Shown in pieces: positions 20,672 through 30,914 of a stretch of 38,081 nucleotides of DNA. The notes under the pieces are model-generated. The model saw only the letters and a program-made list of their open reading frames with translations, had not been told where the DNA came from and ran no database searches. The position numbers were made by a program, and so were the translations under genes. Position 1 is the stretch's first letter; each line of letters begins with the position of its first letter. This DNA comes from a virus (Duplodnaviria; Heunggongvirae; Uroviricota; Caudoviricetes): IMG/VR virus record IMGVR_UViG_2534681701_000006. One strand, given 5' to 3'.

Positions 20672-21787
20672 ATGTCAGCCATTCACATTTTTAAAGCCGG
20701 TACTCATACCGATATGCACGGCAAAAAACTGCCGTTCACGCCAGACGATCTTGCCGCCTGCGTGAAAGCCTATGACCCGTCCGTCCATGAAGCACCACTC
20801 GTGATTGGTCATCCCAGAACGGAAGACCCGGCGTGGGGCTGGGTGAAAGCCCTGTCGCTCAGCGGCGTCGATCTGATGGCAGAGCCTGCCCAGCTGGACC
20901 CGCAGTTTGCTGAGATGGTCACCGACGGACGATTCAAAAAAGTGTCCGCCTCTTTCTACCTCCCGGATTCACCGTCCAATCCGAAGCCCGGCGTGCTCTA
21001 CCTTCGCCATGTGGGCTTTCTCGGGGCACAGCCACCTTCCGTCAAGGGGCTGAAACAGGTGTCCTTCAGTGAGCAGGAAGAAGGTGTGGTGGAGTTCGCC
21101 GACTGGCAGGCCATCACGAATGCCTCCCTGTGGGGAAAGCTGCGCGATTTTCTGATCGCCCGCTTCAGTCTGGACGAGGCAGAAAAAGTCCTGCCGGAAT
21201 GGCAGCTCAACAGTCTGCGCGAAGAGGCGTACCGCGACACACTGTCGCAGGATGCAGCAGGTGCACAATTCAGTGAGACAGGCCCGGGGCCGTCTTCCGC
21301 AAGTAACGAGGAATCATCGATGACAAAAGAAGAGATTGAAGCCCTTCAGGAGGAGAACCGCCGCCTGAAGCAGCAGGCTGCTGATCGCGATGCGCGTGAT
21401 GCACAGGTCAGACAGGAGCAACTGCATAAGGACAATGTGGCCTTTGCAGAAAAACTGGTCGCAGAGGGCCGTCTGGCTCCCCGCGCCTCCTCCGTGGTGG
21501 TTGCCCTGCTGGATGCCGTCGCCGGTGGCGACAAGCCGGTGGAGTTTGCTGAGGGGGAAAGCCGCACACCGCTGGCCACCGCCTTTCGTTCATTGCTCTC
21601 CGACGGGGAGCCGGTGATGAATTTCGCCGAACAGGCCACAAAAGAGCGTGTCGGCGACACGGTGAAGGTGGATGTGGCAGAGTTTGCGGAAGCCGATCCT
21701 GAGCGTCTGGCCCTGCATCAGAAAGCAGTGGCCCTGTCCAAAAAAGAAGGCATCAGCTATGAGGCTGCTGTCGCACGCTGCCTGTAA
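20672..21787 (+). CDS. head maturation protease/scaffold, Mu I-like, 371 aa
   Basis: Position directly upstream of the major head gene; size and composition consistent with Mu I (with Z-like scaffold C-terminus). Confidence 0.65.
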   Translation: MSAIHIFKAGTHTDMHGKKLPFTPDDLAACVKAYDPSVHEAPLVIGHPRTEDPAWGWVKALSLSGVDLMAEPAQLDPQFAEMVTDGRFKKVSASFYLPDSPSNPKPGVLYLRHVGFLGAQPPSVKGLKQVSFSEQEEGVVEFADWQAITNASLWGKLRDFLIARFSLDEAEKVLPEWQLNSLREEAYRDTLSQDAAGAQFSETGPGPSSASNEESSMTKEEIEALQEENRRLKQQAADRDARDAQVRQEQLHKDNVAFAEKLVAEGRLAPRASSVVVALLDAVAGGDKPVEFAEGESRTPLATAFRSLLSDGEPVMNFAEQATKERVGDTVKVDVAEFAEADPERLALHQKAVALSKKEGISYEAAVARCL

Positions 21788-21801
21788 TTTAAGGAGAGAG
21801 C

Positions 21802-22755
21802 ATGTCTGATTACTTAAAAGGTAAACGTGTCGTTGATCCGGTACTGACCAGTATCGCCCGTGGCTATAAAAATGCCGCATTCATCGGCGAACGTATTTTC
21901 CCCGTCGTGCTGACGGACAAGGAAGGCGTGCGTGTACCGACCTTCGGGAAAACCGCCTTTGTGGAATATGACACCGAGCGTGCCGTCGGGGCGGACAGCA
22001 ATGTTCTGGTCCGTGAAAAAACAGGCACGCTGGACCTGGTGCTGGGTGAACACGATCTGGCTGCGCCGGTGGACTATCGCGAGCAGGCGGAGTCCATGTT
22101 TAACGAAGAGAGCAAGGCCATCCGTCGCGCCACGAATGGCGTGAACCTGCGCCGTGAACTTATCGCTGCCCGTCTGGCTCAGGATGAAAAGGTCTACCGT
22201 ACCGGGCACGTCAAAAAACTGACAGCCAGTGATCGCTGGGCCGGTGGTAAGGGGGACCCCATCGGGGTGATTGAAGCCGGTATGGAAGCGGTCCGTACGG
22301 CCACGGGGCTGCGTCCTAACCTGATGACCATGGGGGCCGGCGTGATGGCGCTGCTGAAGTTCCACCCGGCGATTCAGGCCGCCATCGGAGCCAACGAACG
22401 CAAGCGCATCACCACAGAAATCCTGCAGGACCTCTTTCAGATCGAAGAGATCGTCATCGGTGCCCCAGTCTCCCTGCCGTCCATGAAAGCGGCAATGGAT
22501 AAGAACAGCGTGCCGGCGGATATCTGGGGAGACAATCTGATGCTGCACTATGTCGGCAAACCGCAGCCGGGGGCGGACAGCGCGGACGAGAACGAGCCGT
22601 CCTTCGGCTACACCCTGCGTCGTAAGGGGATGCCTGTTGCCGACAAATACGACGGAGCCGGTGGCAAGGTGAAGTACTGCCGTTATACCGATATCTACAA
22701 AGTCGCCGTGGTTGGTGGCGATGCCGGGTATCTCATTACCGGTATCAGTAAATAA
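21802..22755 (+). CDS. major head subunit, Mu T-like, 317 aa
   Basis: GGAGAG RBS; size and position consistent with Mu T. Confidence 0.7.
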   Translation: MSDYLKGKRVVDPVLTSIARGYKNAAFIGERIFPVVLTDKEGVRVPTFGKTAFVEYDTERAVGADSNVLVREKTGTLDLVLGEHDLAAPVDYREQAESMFNEESKAIRRATNGVNLRRELIAARLAQDEKVYRTGHVKKLTASDRWAGGKGDPIGVIEAGMEAVRTATGLRPNLMTMGAGVMALLKFHPAIQAAIGANERKRITTEILQDLFQIEEIVIGAPVSLPSMKAAMDKNSVPADIWGDNLMLHYVGKPQPGADSADENEPSFGYTLRRKGMPVADKYDGAGGKVKYCRYTDIYKVAVVGGDAGYLITGISK

Positions 22756-22764
22756 GGAGGCGTT

Positions 22765-23103
22765 ATGGGAACCACTCAGCAGGTCATTCTGATCACAACC
22801 GTAACGGCAGGGGCAGCACTGGCACAGCAGCGTTTTGTCGGGGCAGATAATACCCCCTGTAAAGCCGGTGCCGCAGCGCTCGGGGTTGCCGAAGTGGATG
22901 CTGTTACCGGCGACAGCACGCCGGTGAGCGTTCTGGGCATTATTGCTGTCGAGGCCGGGGCCGCTGTCAGCCGTGGTGTGGCTGTTCAGTCAGATGCTCA
23001 GGCCAGAGCCGTGCCGCAGTCCGGCGACGGTAAATCCTGTGGTATTGCACTTGATGAAGCCGGGGGTGAAGGCGACGTCATTCGTATCCTGCGCGGGGTG
23101 TGA
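22765..23103 (+). CDS. hypothetical head protein, Gly/Ala-rich, 112 aa
   Basis: AGGAGG RBS; small ORF just after the capsid gene. Confidence 0.45.
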   Translation: MGTTQQVILITTVTAGAALAQQRFVGADNTPCKAGAAALGVAEVDAVTGDSTPVSVLGIIAVEAGAAVSRGVAVQSDAQARAVPQSGDGKSCGIALDEAGGEGDVIRILRGV

Positions 23104-23104
23104 C

Positions 23105-23551
23105 ATGTACTGCACCCTGGAGGATTTGCTTGCGCAGGTGCCGGAGCGGACGCTTATCGAGCTCACCAGTGAAGAGATGGACTTCGACTCACCTGCAACA
23201 GTGAATACCCGTGTGGTGGACAGCTGTATCCGCTATGCCGACGAGCTGATTGATGCCCATCTGCGCGGACGCTATATCCTGCCACTGGCAGAGATACCGA
23301 CTGTTCTGCGGGACATTGCCATCACGCTGGTCCGTTACCGGCTCTACGCCCGCCGCCCGGAAGGTGACCTCCCGGATACGGTGAAGGATGACCACAAAGA
23401 AGCGCTGCGGCAACTCAGGGAGTTACGTGATAACAGGCTCACGCTGGGGCTGCCGTCCACTCAGAAAGATGTGCCTGAGCCTGGCGAGTTTCGTGTACGC
23501 AGTCGCCCGGCTACTTTCGGCGGTCGTGACGGTTTACTGGAGAAATACTGA
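23105..23551 (+). CDS. hypothetical head-tail joining region protein, 148 aa
   Basis: ATG at 23105 right after the preceding stop; the 22943 ORF-track start is an overlapping artefact. Confidence 0.5.
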   Translation: MYCTLEDLLAQVPERTLIELTSEEMDFDSPATVNTRVVDSCIRYADELIDAHLRGRYILPLAEIPTVLRDIAITLVRYRLYARRPEGDLPDTVKDDHKEALRQLRELRDNRLTLGLPSTQKDVPEPGEFRVRSRPATFGGRDGLLEKY

Positions 23552-24015
23552 TGAACGTTCTGCCCGTCCTTGATGCGGTACTGGCCCGGTTACGCGAGAA
23601 GCTGCCGCAACTGCAGGTGGAGTACTTCCCGGAGAAACCGGCTGAATATCGCCTGAACCATCCGGTTGGCGCGTTGCTGTTGAGCTATGCCGGTTCGCGC
23701 TTTGACAGGCCGGATGATACCGGTGCGGTGATCCAGTCTCAGACTATCCAGCTCTGCGTCACGGTGGTCTTCCGCCAGCTCAACGGTAAAAAAGGGGCGA
23801 TTAATGTCCTGGATGCTGTCCGCCGCATTCTCGGTGGCCACACCCCGCCCGGCTGCCGCCGCCGTATCTGGCTGACCCGCGAGGTGTTTATCGGTGAAGT
23901 CAGGGGGCTGTGGCAGTACGCCCTCGACTTCGCGACTGAAAGCGTCTTTATCGAAGACAGCGATTTACCGTCCGGCCCGCTGTTAACCGAAGTGAACTAT
24001 GAGGAAAGCGAGTGA
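23551..24015 (+). CDS. hypothetical head-tail protein, 154 aa
   Basis: Overlapping stop/start with neighbours in the late operon. Confidence 0.5.
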   Translation: MNVLPVLDAVLARLREKLPQLQVEYFPEKPAEYRLNHPVGALLLSYAGSRFDRPDDTGAVIQSQTIQLCVTVVFRQLNGKKGAINVLDAVRRILGGHTPPGCRRRIWLTREVFIGEVRGLWQYALDFATESVFIEDSDLPSGPLLTEVNYEESE

Positions 24016-24266
24016 TGAAAGAATACCGCTATTCCGGCCCGGCCAGCGGCGTCACGCTGTCGGACGGAACCGAAATCCTGCTCTGGCCGGGGAAGACGGT
24101 TTCCCTGCCGGAGGAGCATGACTACGTGAAGGTACTGGTGGCGCTGAAACATCTGACGCCGGTACCTGAAGAGACTAAACCCGCCGGCACACCGGCTGTG
24201 CAGTCACCAAAGCGCAGAAGCAGCAGTGACAGCGAAGTGAAAACGGAGGACACCCATGGCAGCTAA
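24012..24266 (+). CDS. hypothetical protein, 84 aa
   Basis: Small coupled ORF upstream of the sheath gene. Confidence 0.4.
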   Translation: MMKEYRYSGPASGVTLSDGTEILLWPGKTVSLPEEHDYVKVLVALKHLTPVPEETKPAGTPAVQSPKRRSSSDSEVKTEDTHGS

Positions 24267-25683
24267 CTATCTGCATGGTCCCGAAACCATTGAGGTGGAA
24301 AACGGTGCCCGCCCGGTTAAAACGGTGAAATCTGCCGTTATTGGCCTGATTGGTACCGCCCCGATGGGGGATGTCAATACGCTGGTACAGTGCCTGTCTG
24401 AGAAAGACGCAGCGGCATTTGGCAGCCAGTTCACCGGCTTTACCATTCCGCAGGCGCTGGATGCGATTTATGACCATGGTGCAGGCACCGTTCTGGTCAT
24501 TAACGTCCTCGACCCGGCGAAACATAAAACGGCGATCGAGGATGAGGTGGTTACCTTTGACAAATCGACAGGGCAGGCCAGACTGGCGCATCCGGTTGTC
24601 GCTAATGTGGTGGTGAAAAACAGTGAAGGCAGCACCACCCACACGGCGAACACGGACTACCGTGTTGATGCGCAGGCGGGTGTGCTCACGAACCTGGGCA
24701 AGGCTATTGAGGCCGGTGGCAGCGTGAAGGTGAGCTATGAGTACGCGGACCCGTCGAAGGTGACTGCGGCGGACATCATCGGCGGGGTGAACAGCGCCGG
24801 AAACCGAACCGGCATGAAGCTGCTTAACGACAGCTTCAACCTGTACGGCTATTTCGCCAAAATTCTGATTGCGCCGGTGTTCTGCACCCAGAAGAGTGTC
24901 GCAGTTGAGCTTATCGCCATGGCAGAGAAGCTGGGCGCGGTAACCTACATTGATGCGCCTGTCGGTACCACCTTTGCACAGGCTCTGGCAGGTCGTGGCC
25001 CGGAAGGCACCATCAACTTCAATACCAGCTCCGACCGCGTCCGTCTGTGCTATCCGCATGTGAAGGTATATGACCCGGTGACAAACACAGAGCGTCTGGA
25101 GCCGCTCAGCCAGCGTGCAGCAGGTCTGCGTGCCAGAGTCGATCTGGACAAGGGCTACTGGTGGTCATCCTCCAATCAGGAGATTCTGGGGATCACCGGC
25201 GTGGAGCGCCAGCTGTCCGCGATGATTGATGACCCGCAGAGTGAGGTGAACCTGCTTAACGAACAGGGGATCACCACGGTATTCAGCAGTTACGGCAGCG
25301 GCCTTCGTCTGTGGGGTAACCGGACGGCAGCATGGCCAACGGTCACCCATATGCGTAACTTTGAGAACGTTCGCCGCACCGGTGATGTGATCAACGAGTC
25401 CATTCGTTATTTCAGCCAGCAGTACATCGACATGCCGATTACTCAGGCGCTGATTGATGCACTGACGGAGTCGGTCAACGCCTACGGTCGCAAAATGACT
25501 GGTGATGGTGCGGTACTGGGCTTCCGTTGCTGGTTTGATCCGGCCCGCAATCCGGAGACGGAGCTGGCCGCCGGGCACCTGTTGCTGAGCTACAAATATA
25601 CGCCACCACCGCCGCTGGAGCGACTGACGTTTGAGACTGAGATCACCTCGGAATACCTGTTAACCCTGAAAGGGGGCAACTGA
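24256..25683 (+). CDS. contractile tail sheath protein (Mu L-like), 475 aa
   Basis: Size and position immediately upstream of the tube gene. Confidence 0.75.
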   Translation: MAANYLHGPETIEVENGARPVKTVKSAVIGLIGTAPMGDVNTLVQCLSEKDAAAFGSQFTGFTIPQALDAIYDHGAGTVLVINVLDPAKHKTAIEDEVVTFDKSTGQARLAHPVVANVVVKNSEGSTTHTANTDYRVDAQAGVLTNLGKAIEAGGSVKVSYEYADPSKVTAADIIGGVNSAGNRTGMKLLNDSFNLYGYFAKILIAPVFCTQKSVAVELIAMAEKLGAVTYIDAPVGTTFAQALAGRGPEGTINFNTSSDRVRLCYPHVKVYDPVTNTERLEPLSQRAAGLRARVDLDKGYWWSSSNQEILGITGVERQLSAMIDDPQSEVNLLNEQGITTVFSSYGSGLRLWGNRTAAWPTVTHMRNFENVRRTGDVINESIRYFSQQYIDMPITQALIDALTESVNAYGRKMTGDGAVLGFRCWFDPARNPETELAAGHLLLSYKYTPPPPLERLTFETEITSEYLLTLKGGN

Positions 25684-26204
25684 TGTCAAAGATTGAGATA
25701 AACCGCATCACGAATGCCAACATCTATCTGGATGGTACTAACCTGCTGGGACGGGCTGAGGAAGTTAAACTCCCCGATGTCTCCATGATTATGCAGGAAC
25801 ACAAGGCGCTGGGGATGGTGGGTAAGGTGGAACTCCCGGCTGGTTTTGACAAACTGGAAGGCGAAATCAAATGGAACAGCTTTTACCGCGATGCGATGCT
25901 GTCTGCCGCGAACCCGTACAGGTCGCTGGCACTGCAGTGTCGTTCCAGCGTCCAGCGCTACAGCTCGCAGGGGCTGATTGACGAAATCCCGCTGGTCACC
26001 TTCCTGACGATTATGTTCAAGAAGAACCCGCTGGGGACGTTCAAACAGCACGAGAACGCCGAGTTCTCCAGTAGCTTCACCTGCACGTATATCAGACAGG
26101 TACTGGATGGTGAAGAGCTGCTGCAACTGGACTATCTGGCCAACATCTTCCGGGTCGGCGGTGTTGATCAACTGACTGACTACCGTATCAATATCGGGGG
26201 CTGA
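25683..26204 (+). CDS. tail tube protein (Mu M / P2 FII-like), 173 aa
   Basis: Size and position after the sheath gene. Confidence 0.7.
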   Translation: MSKIEINRITNANIYLDGTNLLGRAEEVKLPDVSMIMQEHKALGMVGKVELPAGFDKLEGEIKWNSFYRDAMLSAANPYRSLALQCRSSVQRYSSQGLIDEIPLVTFLTIMFKKNPLGTFKQHENAEFSSSFTCTYIRQVLDGEELLQLDYLANIFRVGGVDQLTDYRINIGG

Positions 26205-26254
26205 CGGTGAGTGTTGAACTGACGGATAAAGGAGGACGATGTGCGGCACTGGGC

Positions 26255-26488
26255 ATGTCAAATGGTACGTGGTTTACCCTCCTTGATATTCCGGGGGTGG
26301 AAACCCTTTTTAATACCCGTAAAACCAATGACCCGATTGACTGCACACGTTCAAAGGCCCGCAAACTGGCGGATTTGATTGAAGCATGGGAGCCTCCCGA
26401 CCACTGGTTCTCCGGCATCGGCAAATCTGAGGGAAAGACGCTTCTCATCGCTTTCCTGCGTAACTGCAAGGGGTTTCGCACTTGCTGA
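26255..26488 (+). CDS. hypothetical protein, ~77 aa
   Basis: GGAGGA upstream of ATG at 26255 (an alternative GTG start at 26207 gives 93 aa); followed by a GC hairpin at about 26495..26510. Confidence 0.3.
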   Translation: MSNGTWFTLLDIPGVETLFNTRKTNDPIDCTRSKARKLADLIEAWEPPDHWFSGIGKSEGKTLLIAFLRNCKGFRTC

Positions 26489-26585
26489 CATCACAGGGGC
26501 TCCGGCCCCTTCTTCTTAATCTCCTTTAATATCCGTCACGCGCTTCTCCCGACATACTGCCCTGAACTTACACAGGAGCACAATC

Positions 26586-26921
26586 ATGTCACAGACCCCA
26601 TCCGATACTTTTAAATTGTCTTATCCCTTCACCACTGCTGCAGGCACCAGAATTGAGCTGGTTGAACTGAAACGCCTGACGGTAAAAGACCTGAAGCAGG
26701 TGCGCAAAATCAGCAAAAACCCGGCAGACTGGGACGAACCGCTGATTGCCCGCAGTACTGGTCTTCTCCCGGAGGATCTCGACAATATGGATCTGGCTGA
26801 TTACCTGCAGTTACAGAAACGATTTCAGCTCATCACGGGGATGGGTGAGAGCAACCAGGGCGCTGACGCAGGCGCAGGGGCTGCTGGCGAGATGGTTCCG
26901 GTTTCAGCCGGGGGAGATTGA
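26586..26921 (+). CDS. tail assembly chaperone (P2 gpE-like), 111 aa
   Basis: Position directly upstream of the tape measure gene; acidic C-terminal half. Confidence 0.55.
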   Translation: MSQTPSDTFKLSYPFTTAAGTRIELVELKRLTVKDLKQVRKISKNPADWDEPLIARSTGLLPEDLDNMDLADYLQLQKRFQLITGMGESNQGADAGAGAAGEMVPVSAGGD

Positions 26922-27003
26922 TGCCCTCGATACTGACGATCTGGAGATGTGGCTGGAGCAGGCTGAAGAGCAAATCAAAAGCGAGTACGGCGACAAATCA
27001 TAG
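26746..27003 (+). CDS. +1-frame extension of the tail assembly chaperone (gpE+E'-like frameshift product, C-terminal part)
   Basis: Overlaps the end of the chaperone ORF in the +1 frame; a shift at the G5 run (26906..26910) joins …VSAGG to EIDALDTDDLEMWLEQAEEQIKSEYGDKS. Confidence 0.45.
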   Translation: MPAVLVFSRRISTIWIWLITCSYRNDFSSSRGWVRATRALTQAQGLLARWFRFQPGEIDALDTDDLEMWLEQAEEQIKSEYGDKS

Positions 27004-27078
27004 TACAGACAGCCGCCAGTAGCGGCTGTTCTGCGTTATCCCCTCACGTCTTTTCACCTTCCCCGGAGGTTAACCACT

Positions 27079-30030
27079 ATGTCGGGACAGTTTTCAGTCG
27101 GCGTTGTTATCGGCGGGATGATTGGCAGCACATTCCGTTCTGCAATGAGCGGTACCCGCCGTGCGCTTGATTCCCTGAGCGATACCTCACGCCGCCTGCA
27201 GGAACGTCAGAACGCTTTAACCCGTGCAACAGAACGTTATGGTCAACTGGGTTCTTCCCGGATGCAGCATCTCAACAGCGAGCTGCTGCGGGTAAGCCGC
27301 ACCATGGAGCAAATTGAGCGCCAGCAGCGCCGTCTGTCAGCGGCATCCGCTACCAGTGATGCGCTGAAAGCTAACCGCATGGCGCTGTATGGTCAGGGGA
27401 TTGAAGCGTATGGCATGGCACAGACTGTTTATCATACGGTTTCCCCTGCCGTTCAGCAGTCCATGTCTTTTCAGGACAAAATGATTGATATGTCGATCAC
27501 CGCAAAATATGACAATAAAACGCGGGATGCACTTGCCGGACAGATAAAAGGCTGGGCGCTTAAATACAATCAGTATCAGGATGAGCTGCAGGAGGCGGTG
27601 GGTTCACTCATCAGCGACAATATTGATAATGTGTCAGATATCGGTTTTCTGATGCCGGATATTGCCCGCGCGGCAACGGCAACACGCACGTCTGCTCAGG
27701 ACTGGGCAAAAGTGGCCGCAGTCTGGCAAAACTCCCTGAAAGGTGCGGCCAGAGATTTTGGTGCCGTTCAGAATATTATGGCTTATGCCGGTGACCAGGG
27801 GTCATTTGAAATCCCGGATCAGGTCAAGTGGATGCAGTCCCTGGCCCCAATGATGGCGGGTATTGCCAGTGGAAAAGAGGCTGTTGCTGAAATCGGGGCC
27901 AGTCTCCAGATAGCAAAAATCGGTGCAGGTTCCACCGACGAAGCAGCCAATAATTTTAAAAACTTTCTTACCAAAATTTTTGCCCGCGATACTCAGAAAC
28001 AGTTTGCTGATCTGGGTATTGATTTGCAGGGATCTATTGCGAGTTATAAGGCTGCGGGGATCTCTCCGATTGAAGGGATGTTGAGTGTTATAGAACGTTA
28101 CCTCAATGCCAAAAGCCCCGAAGCGCTGGCCGGCTTCAAATCCGCCATGAAAATAAAGAATGATACGGCAAGAGATGAGGCACTTCAGGCTCTGGCGAAA
28201 AACTTTGGTCTGGGTGATATGTTCGCGGATATGCAGGTCATGGCATTTATCCGCCCGATGCTGGCCAACATGGACAGATATCGAGAGATCCGTGCCGGTG
28301 CTCTCAGGGCTGCGGATAACGATTTGCTTGCCAGTGCTTACGATCAGCGACTGAAATCTCCCCTTGAAGCCACTAAAACACTTATGGTCAGCAGTCGCGA
28401 TCTGGCAATTACGCTGGGCGATCAATTAGCTCCATCTTTTATTTCTTTGACTCAGGAACTGCTTCCACTCATTCAGGGGGCAAAACACTGGGTAGCGACT
28501 CACCCGCAATTTGTCAGTGGGGCTTTTAAGCTCATCAGTGCGCTCCTTGCGATTAAGATAGCGACTGTTGGTCTCAAACTGGGGCTGAATCTCCTTATTT
28601 CCCCCTTTGTAAGTGTCTGGAAAAATGCTGTTTTACTCCGGACCAACTGGCATCGACTGACTACCGCACTCGGAGAAGGTGGCAAATTACGCTGGCTTGT
28701 CACTGGATTCAGCCGACTGACCAGCGGAGGACTGAAACTCAGCAAAGTTCTGGCGGGCAGCCTCGTTCGCGGTTTTATGAGCGCTGCACGTGCCGTTCTC
28801 TGGATTGGGCGAGCGCTGATGATGAATCCCATCGGTCTCGTTATCACCGCTGTCGCGGCAGCAGCTTACCTTATCTACCGCAACTGGGGGGCTGTCAGTG
28901 GTTGGTTTAAACAGCGCTGGGCTGACATTCAGGAAGCCTTTAACGGCGGCATTGTGGGAACTGGTAAGTTGCTGATTAACTGGTCGCCGGCAGGCCTGCT
29001 CTATAAAGCCTTTGCGGCTGCGCTGAAATATTTCGGCGTTGCTCTGCCGGCAAAGTTCACCGACTTCGGTGGCCATCTTATCGACGGTCTGATTAACGGT
29101 ATCAAAAACAAATGGGGGTCGCTCAAATCCAGTGTAACCGGAATGGGTGACAGCATCAGTAGCTGGTTTAAACAGCGCTGGGCTGACATTCAGGAAGCCT
29201 TTAACGGCGGCATTGTGGGAACTGGTAAGTTGCTGATTAACTGGTCGCCGGCAGGCCTGCTCTATAAAGCCTTTGCGGCTGCGCTGAAATATTTCGGCGT
29301 TACTCTGCCGGCAAAGTTCACCGACTTCGGTGGCCATCTTATCGACGGTCTGATTAACGGTATCAAAAACAAATGGGAGTCGCTCAAATCCAGTGTAACC
29401 GGAATGGGCGACAGCATCAGTGGCTGGTTCAGCGAAAAGCTGGGCATTCATTCGCCGAGCCGCGTGTTTATGGGCTTTGGTGACAATATCGCGCAGGGGG
29501 CCGCCATTGGCCTGCAGCGGACCACTCCGCTTGCAGCTCTGGCCGGGCAGCGAATGGCCAGTGAACTGCTCCCCAAAATGCCCGTGAGCATTCAGGGGCC
29601 AGAAATACGGGATAACACTTCAGGTGTTCGCTTCAGTATGCCGTTGCCCGATATCAATGGGTTTATGTCGTCTGCTAAAAATGCGATCGGAGCCGTAATC
29701 AATAGTTTGTCTTCCATGCCCGCTATTCCGCTCTCCACCCGGGCATCGATTTTACCAGGGCAACGTCTGGCAAATGAGATGACACCGGATGTTCCCCGTA
29801 TCCCCTCGCCTGAAATCCTGGCTGCCGGATATTCAGGCCGTGGTGCAGCTGCAACCGGCGGTGGAACGTCTGGTGGTATCCAGGTCAGCTTTAATCCTCA
29901 GTTTTTCCTCAATGGCAGGGAAACCACAGCGCCTGCAGGACTGACTGGTGCCCTGAATATGAGTCTGCATGAGCTGGAAAAAATGCTGGAGCGTCTGCTT
30001 GCTCAGAAACAACGTAAGGAGTACCGCTGA
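27079..30030 (+). CDS. tail tape measure protein, 983 aa, containing an internal tandem duplication
   Basis: Largest ORF in the tail module; GGAGG RBS; Ala/Gly-rich hydrophobic central region. Confidence 0.85.
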   Translation: MSGQFSVGVVIGGMIGSTFRSAMSGTRRALDSLSDTSRRLQERQNALTRATERYGQLGSSRMQHLNSELLRVSRTMEQIERQQRRLSAASATSDALKANRMALYGQGIEAYGMAQTVYHTVSPAVQQSMSFQDKMIDMSITAKYDNKTRDALAGQIKGWALKYNQYQDELQEAVGSLISDNIDNVSDIGFLMPDIARAATATRTSAQDWAKVAAVWQNSLKGAARDFGAVQNIMAYAGDQGSFEIPDQVKWMQSLAPMMAGIASGKEAVAEIGASLQIAKIGAGSTDEAANNFKNFLTKIFARDTQKQFADLGIDLQGSIASYKAAGISPIEGMLSVIERYLNAKSPEALAGFKSAMKIKNDTARDEALQALAKNFGLGDMFADMQVMAFIRPMLANMDRYREIRAGALRAADNDLLASAYDQRLKSPLEATKTLMVSSRDLAITLGDQLAPSFISLTQELLPLIQGAKHWVATHPQFVSGAFKLISALLAIKIATVGLKLGLNLLISPFVSVWKNAVLLRTNWHRLTTALGEGGKLRWLVTGFSRLTSGGLKLSKVLAGSLVRGFMSAARAVLWIGRALMMNPIGLVITAVAAAAYLIYRNWGAVSGWFKQRWADIQEAFNGGIVGTGKLLINWSPAGLLYKAFAAALKYFGVALPAKFTDFGGHLIDGLINGIKNKWGSLKSSVTGMGDSISSWFKQRWADIQEAFNGGIVGTGKLLINWSPAGLLYKAFAAALKYFGVTLPAKFTDFGGHLIDGLINGIKNKWESLKSSVTGMGDSISGWFSEKLGIHSPSRVFMGFGDNIAQGAAIGLQRTTPLAALAGQRMASELLPKMPVSIQGPEIRDNTSGVRFSMPLPDINGFMSSAKNAIGAVINSLSSMPAIPLSTRASILPGQRLANEMTPDVPRIPSPEILAAGYSGRGAAATGGGTSGGIQVSFNPQFFLNGRETTAPAGLTGALNMSLHELEKMLERLLAQKQRKEYR
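28903..29424. repeat. near-perfect tandem duplication, 2 x 261 bp (87 codons), inside the tape measure gene
   Basis: TGGTTTAAACAGCGCTGGGCTGACATTCAGG… recurs at 28903 and 29164 with only a few mismatches across the unit. Confidence 0.9.
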
Positions 30031-30914
30031 TGTTTGCCGTACTGGGTGATATTGAGTTTGAGCTGATTACCTACTGGGACGGCTTCGAGGCCACGTTCGG
30101 CGTCGATTATGCGGAGCATGCCCGCATCGGGGGTAAGCCTGGCCTGCAGTTCGTCGGCGACAGGCTGGACGAAATCCAGATAACTCTGGTTTTCCATCAG
30201 CATTATTGTGTACCCGATGTGGAGCTGGCGAGACTGCGAACAGCCATGAAAGCCCATCAGGCACTGGCGCTGGTCTTCGGCAACGGTGACTATCGCGGCT
30301 GGTTCGTGATTACCGATGTGACTGCAACCAGCGAGCAGACTGACAGTATCGGCAACGTGCTGGCTGTCAGTGCCACCGTGTCTCTCCGGGAATACACCGG
30401 TGACCCGAAAAATCCTCTGCAACCACCGGCAATACGCACGAAGCTCCCGGGTGTCGGGGCGGTCTCCGGTGCCATTCCTTCACCTTCCGGGGTGGCGCAG
30501 TTCATCCGCAACGGCGTCAACTATGCGAAACAGGCGCAGTCTGTACTCCAGACCACTATCAGCGCCGTTCGGGTGACACAGAAAATGAAGGATAACCCCG
30601 TTGTCGCACTGACCCGTGTGCCGGGGCTGATGAGCGGACTGGGTAATATCTCCGGGGCTCTGGGGAAAAGTGTTCCGGCGTTTAACGCACTCTCTGAATC
30701 CATGCCCGATGCCATCAGTCTGGCCAGAACAGCCAGCGAAGCAGCCACGTATGTACAGCAGGCACAGTCTGCGCTGAGTGGTGTGGACAAAAGAAATATT
30801 GCAGGTGCTCTGGATACCGTTTCCGGGCAGCTTAACGCCGTCGGAACAGCATTCAACCGCATGTCTCCGGGATTAAGTGCAATGGCCGCCAGAATACTGA
30901 CGAGGAGTGTGTGA
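30030..30914 (+). CDS. tail protein (P2 gpU / Mu N-like), 294 aa
   Basis: Directly follows the tape measure gene; N-terminal half resembles gpU-type proteins, C-terminal half Ala/Ser-rich. Confidence 0.55.
   Translation: MFAVLGDIEFELITYWDGFEATFGVDYAEHARIGGKPGLQFVGDRLDEIQITLVFHQHYCVPDVELARLRTAMKAHQALALVFGNGDYRGWFVITDVTATSEQTDSIGNVLAVSATVSLREYTGDPKNPLQPPAIRTKLPGVGAVSGAIPSPSGVAQFIRNGVNYAKQAQSVLQTTISAVRVTQKMKDNPVVALTRVPGLMSGLGNISGALGKSVPAFNALSESMPDAISLARTASEAATYVQQAQSALSGVDKRNIAGALDTVSGQLNAVGTAFNRMSPGLSAMAARILTRSV

Noticed and set aside
21814-22548. 244-aa minus-strand ORF
   Set aside because: Antisense within the major head gene.
24175-25059. 294-aa minus-strand ORF
   Set aside because: Antisense within the tail sheath gene.
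28903-29424. Possible CRISPR array
   Set aside because: Only two long (261-bp) coding repeats with no spacers or short direct repeats; it is an in-frame gene duplication.
28687-29451. 254-aa minus-strand ORF with internal duplication (plus 29001..29189 and 29262..29447)
   Set aside because: Mirror image of the tape measure gene; its internal repeat simply reflects the 261-bp duplication on the coding strand.
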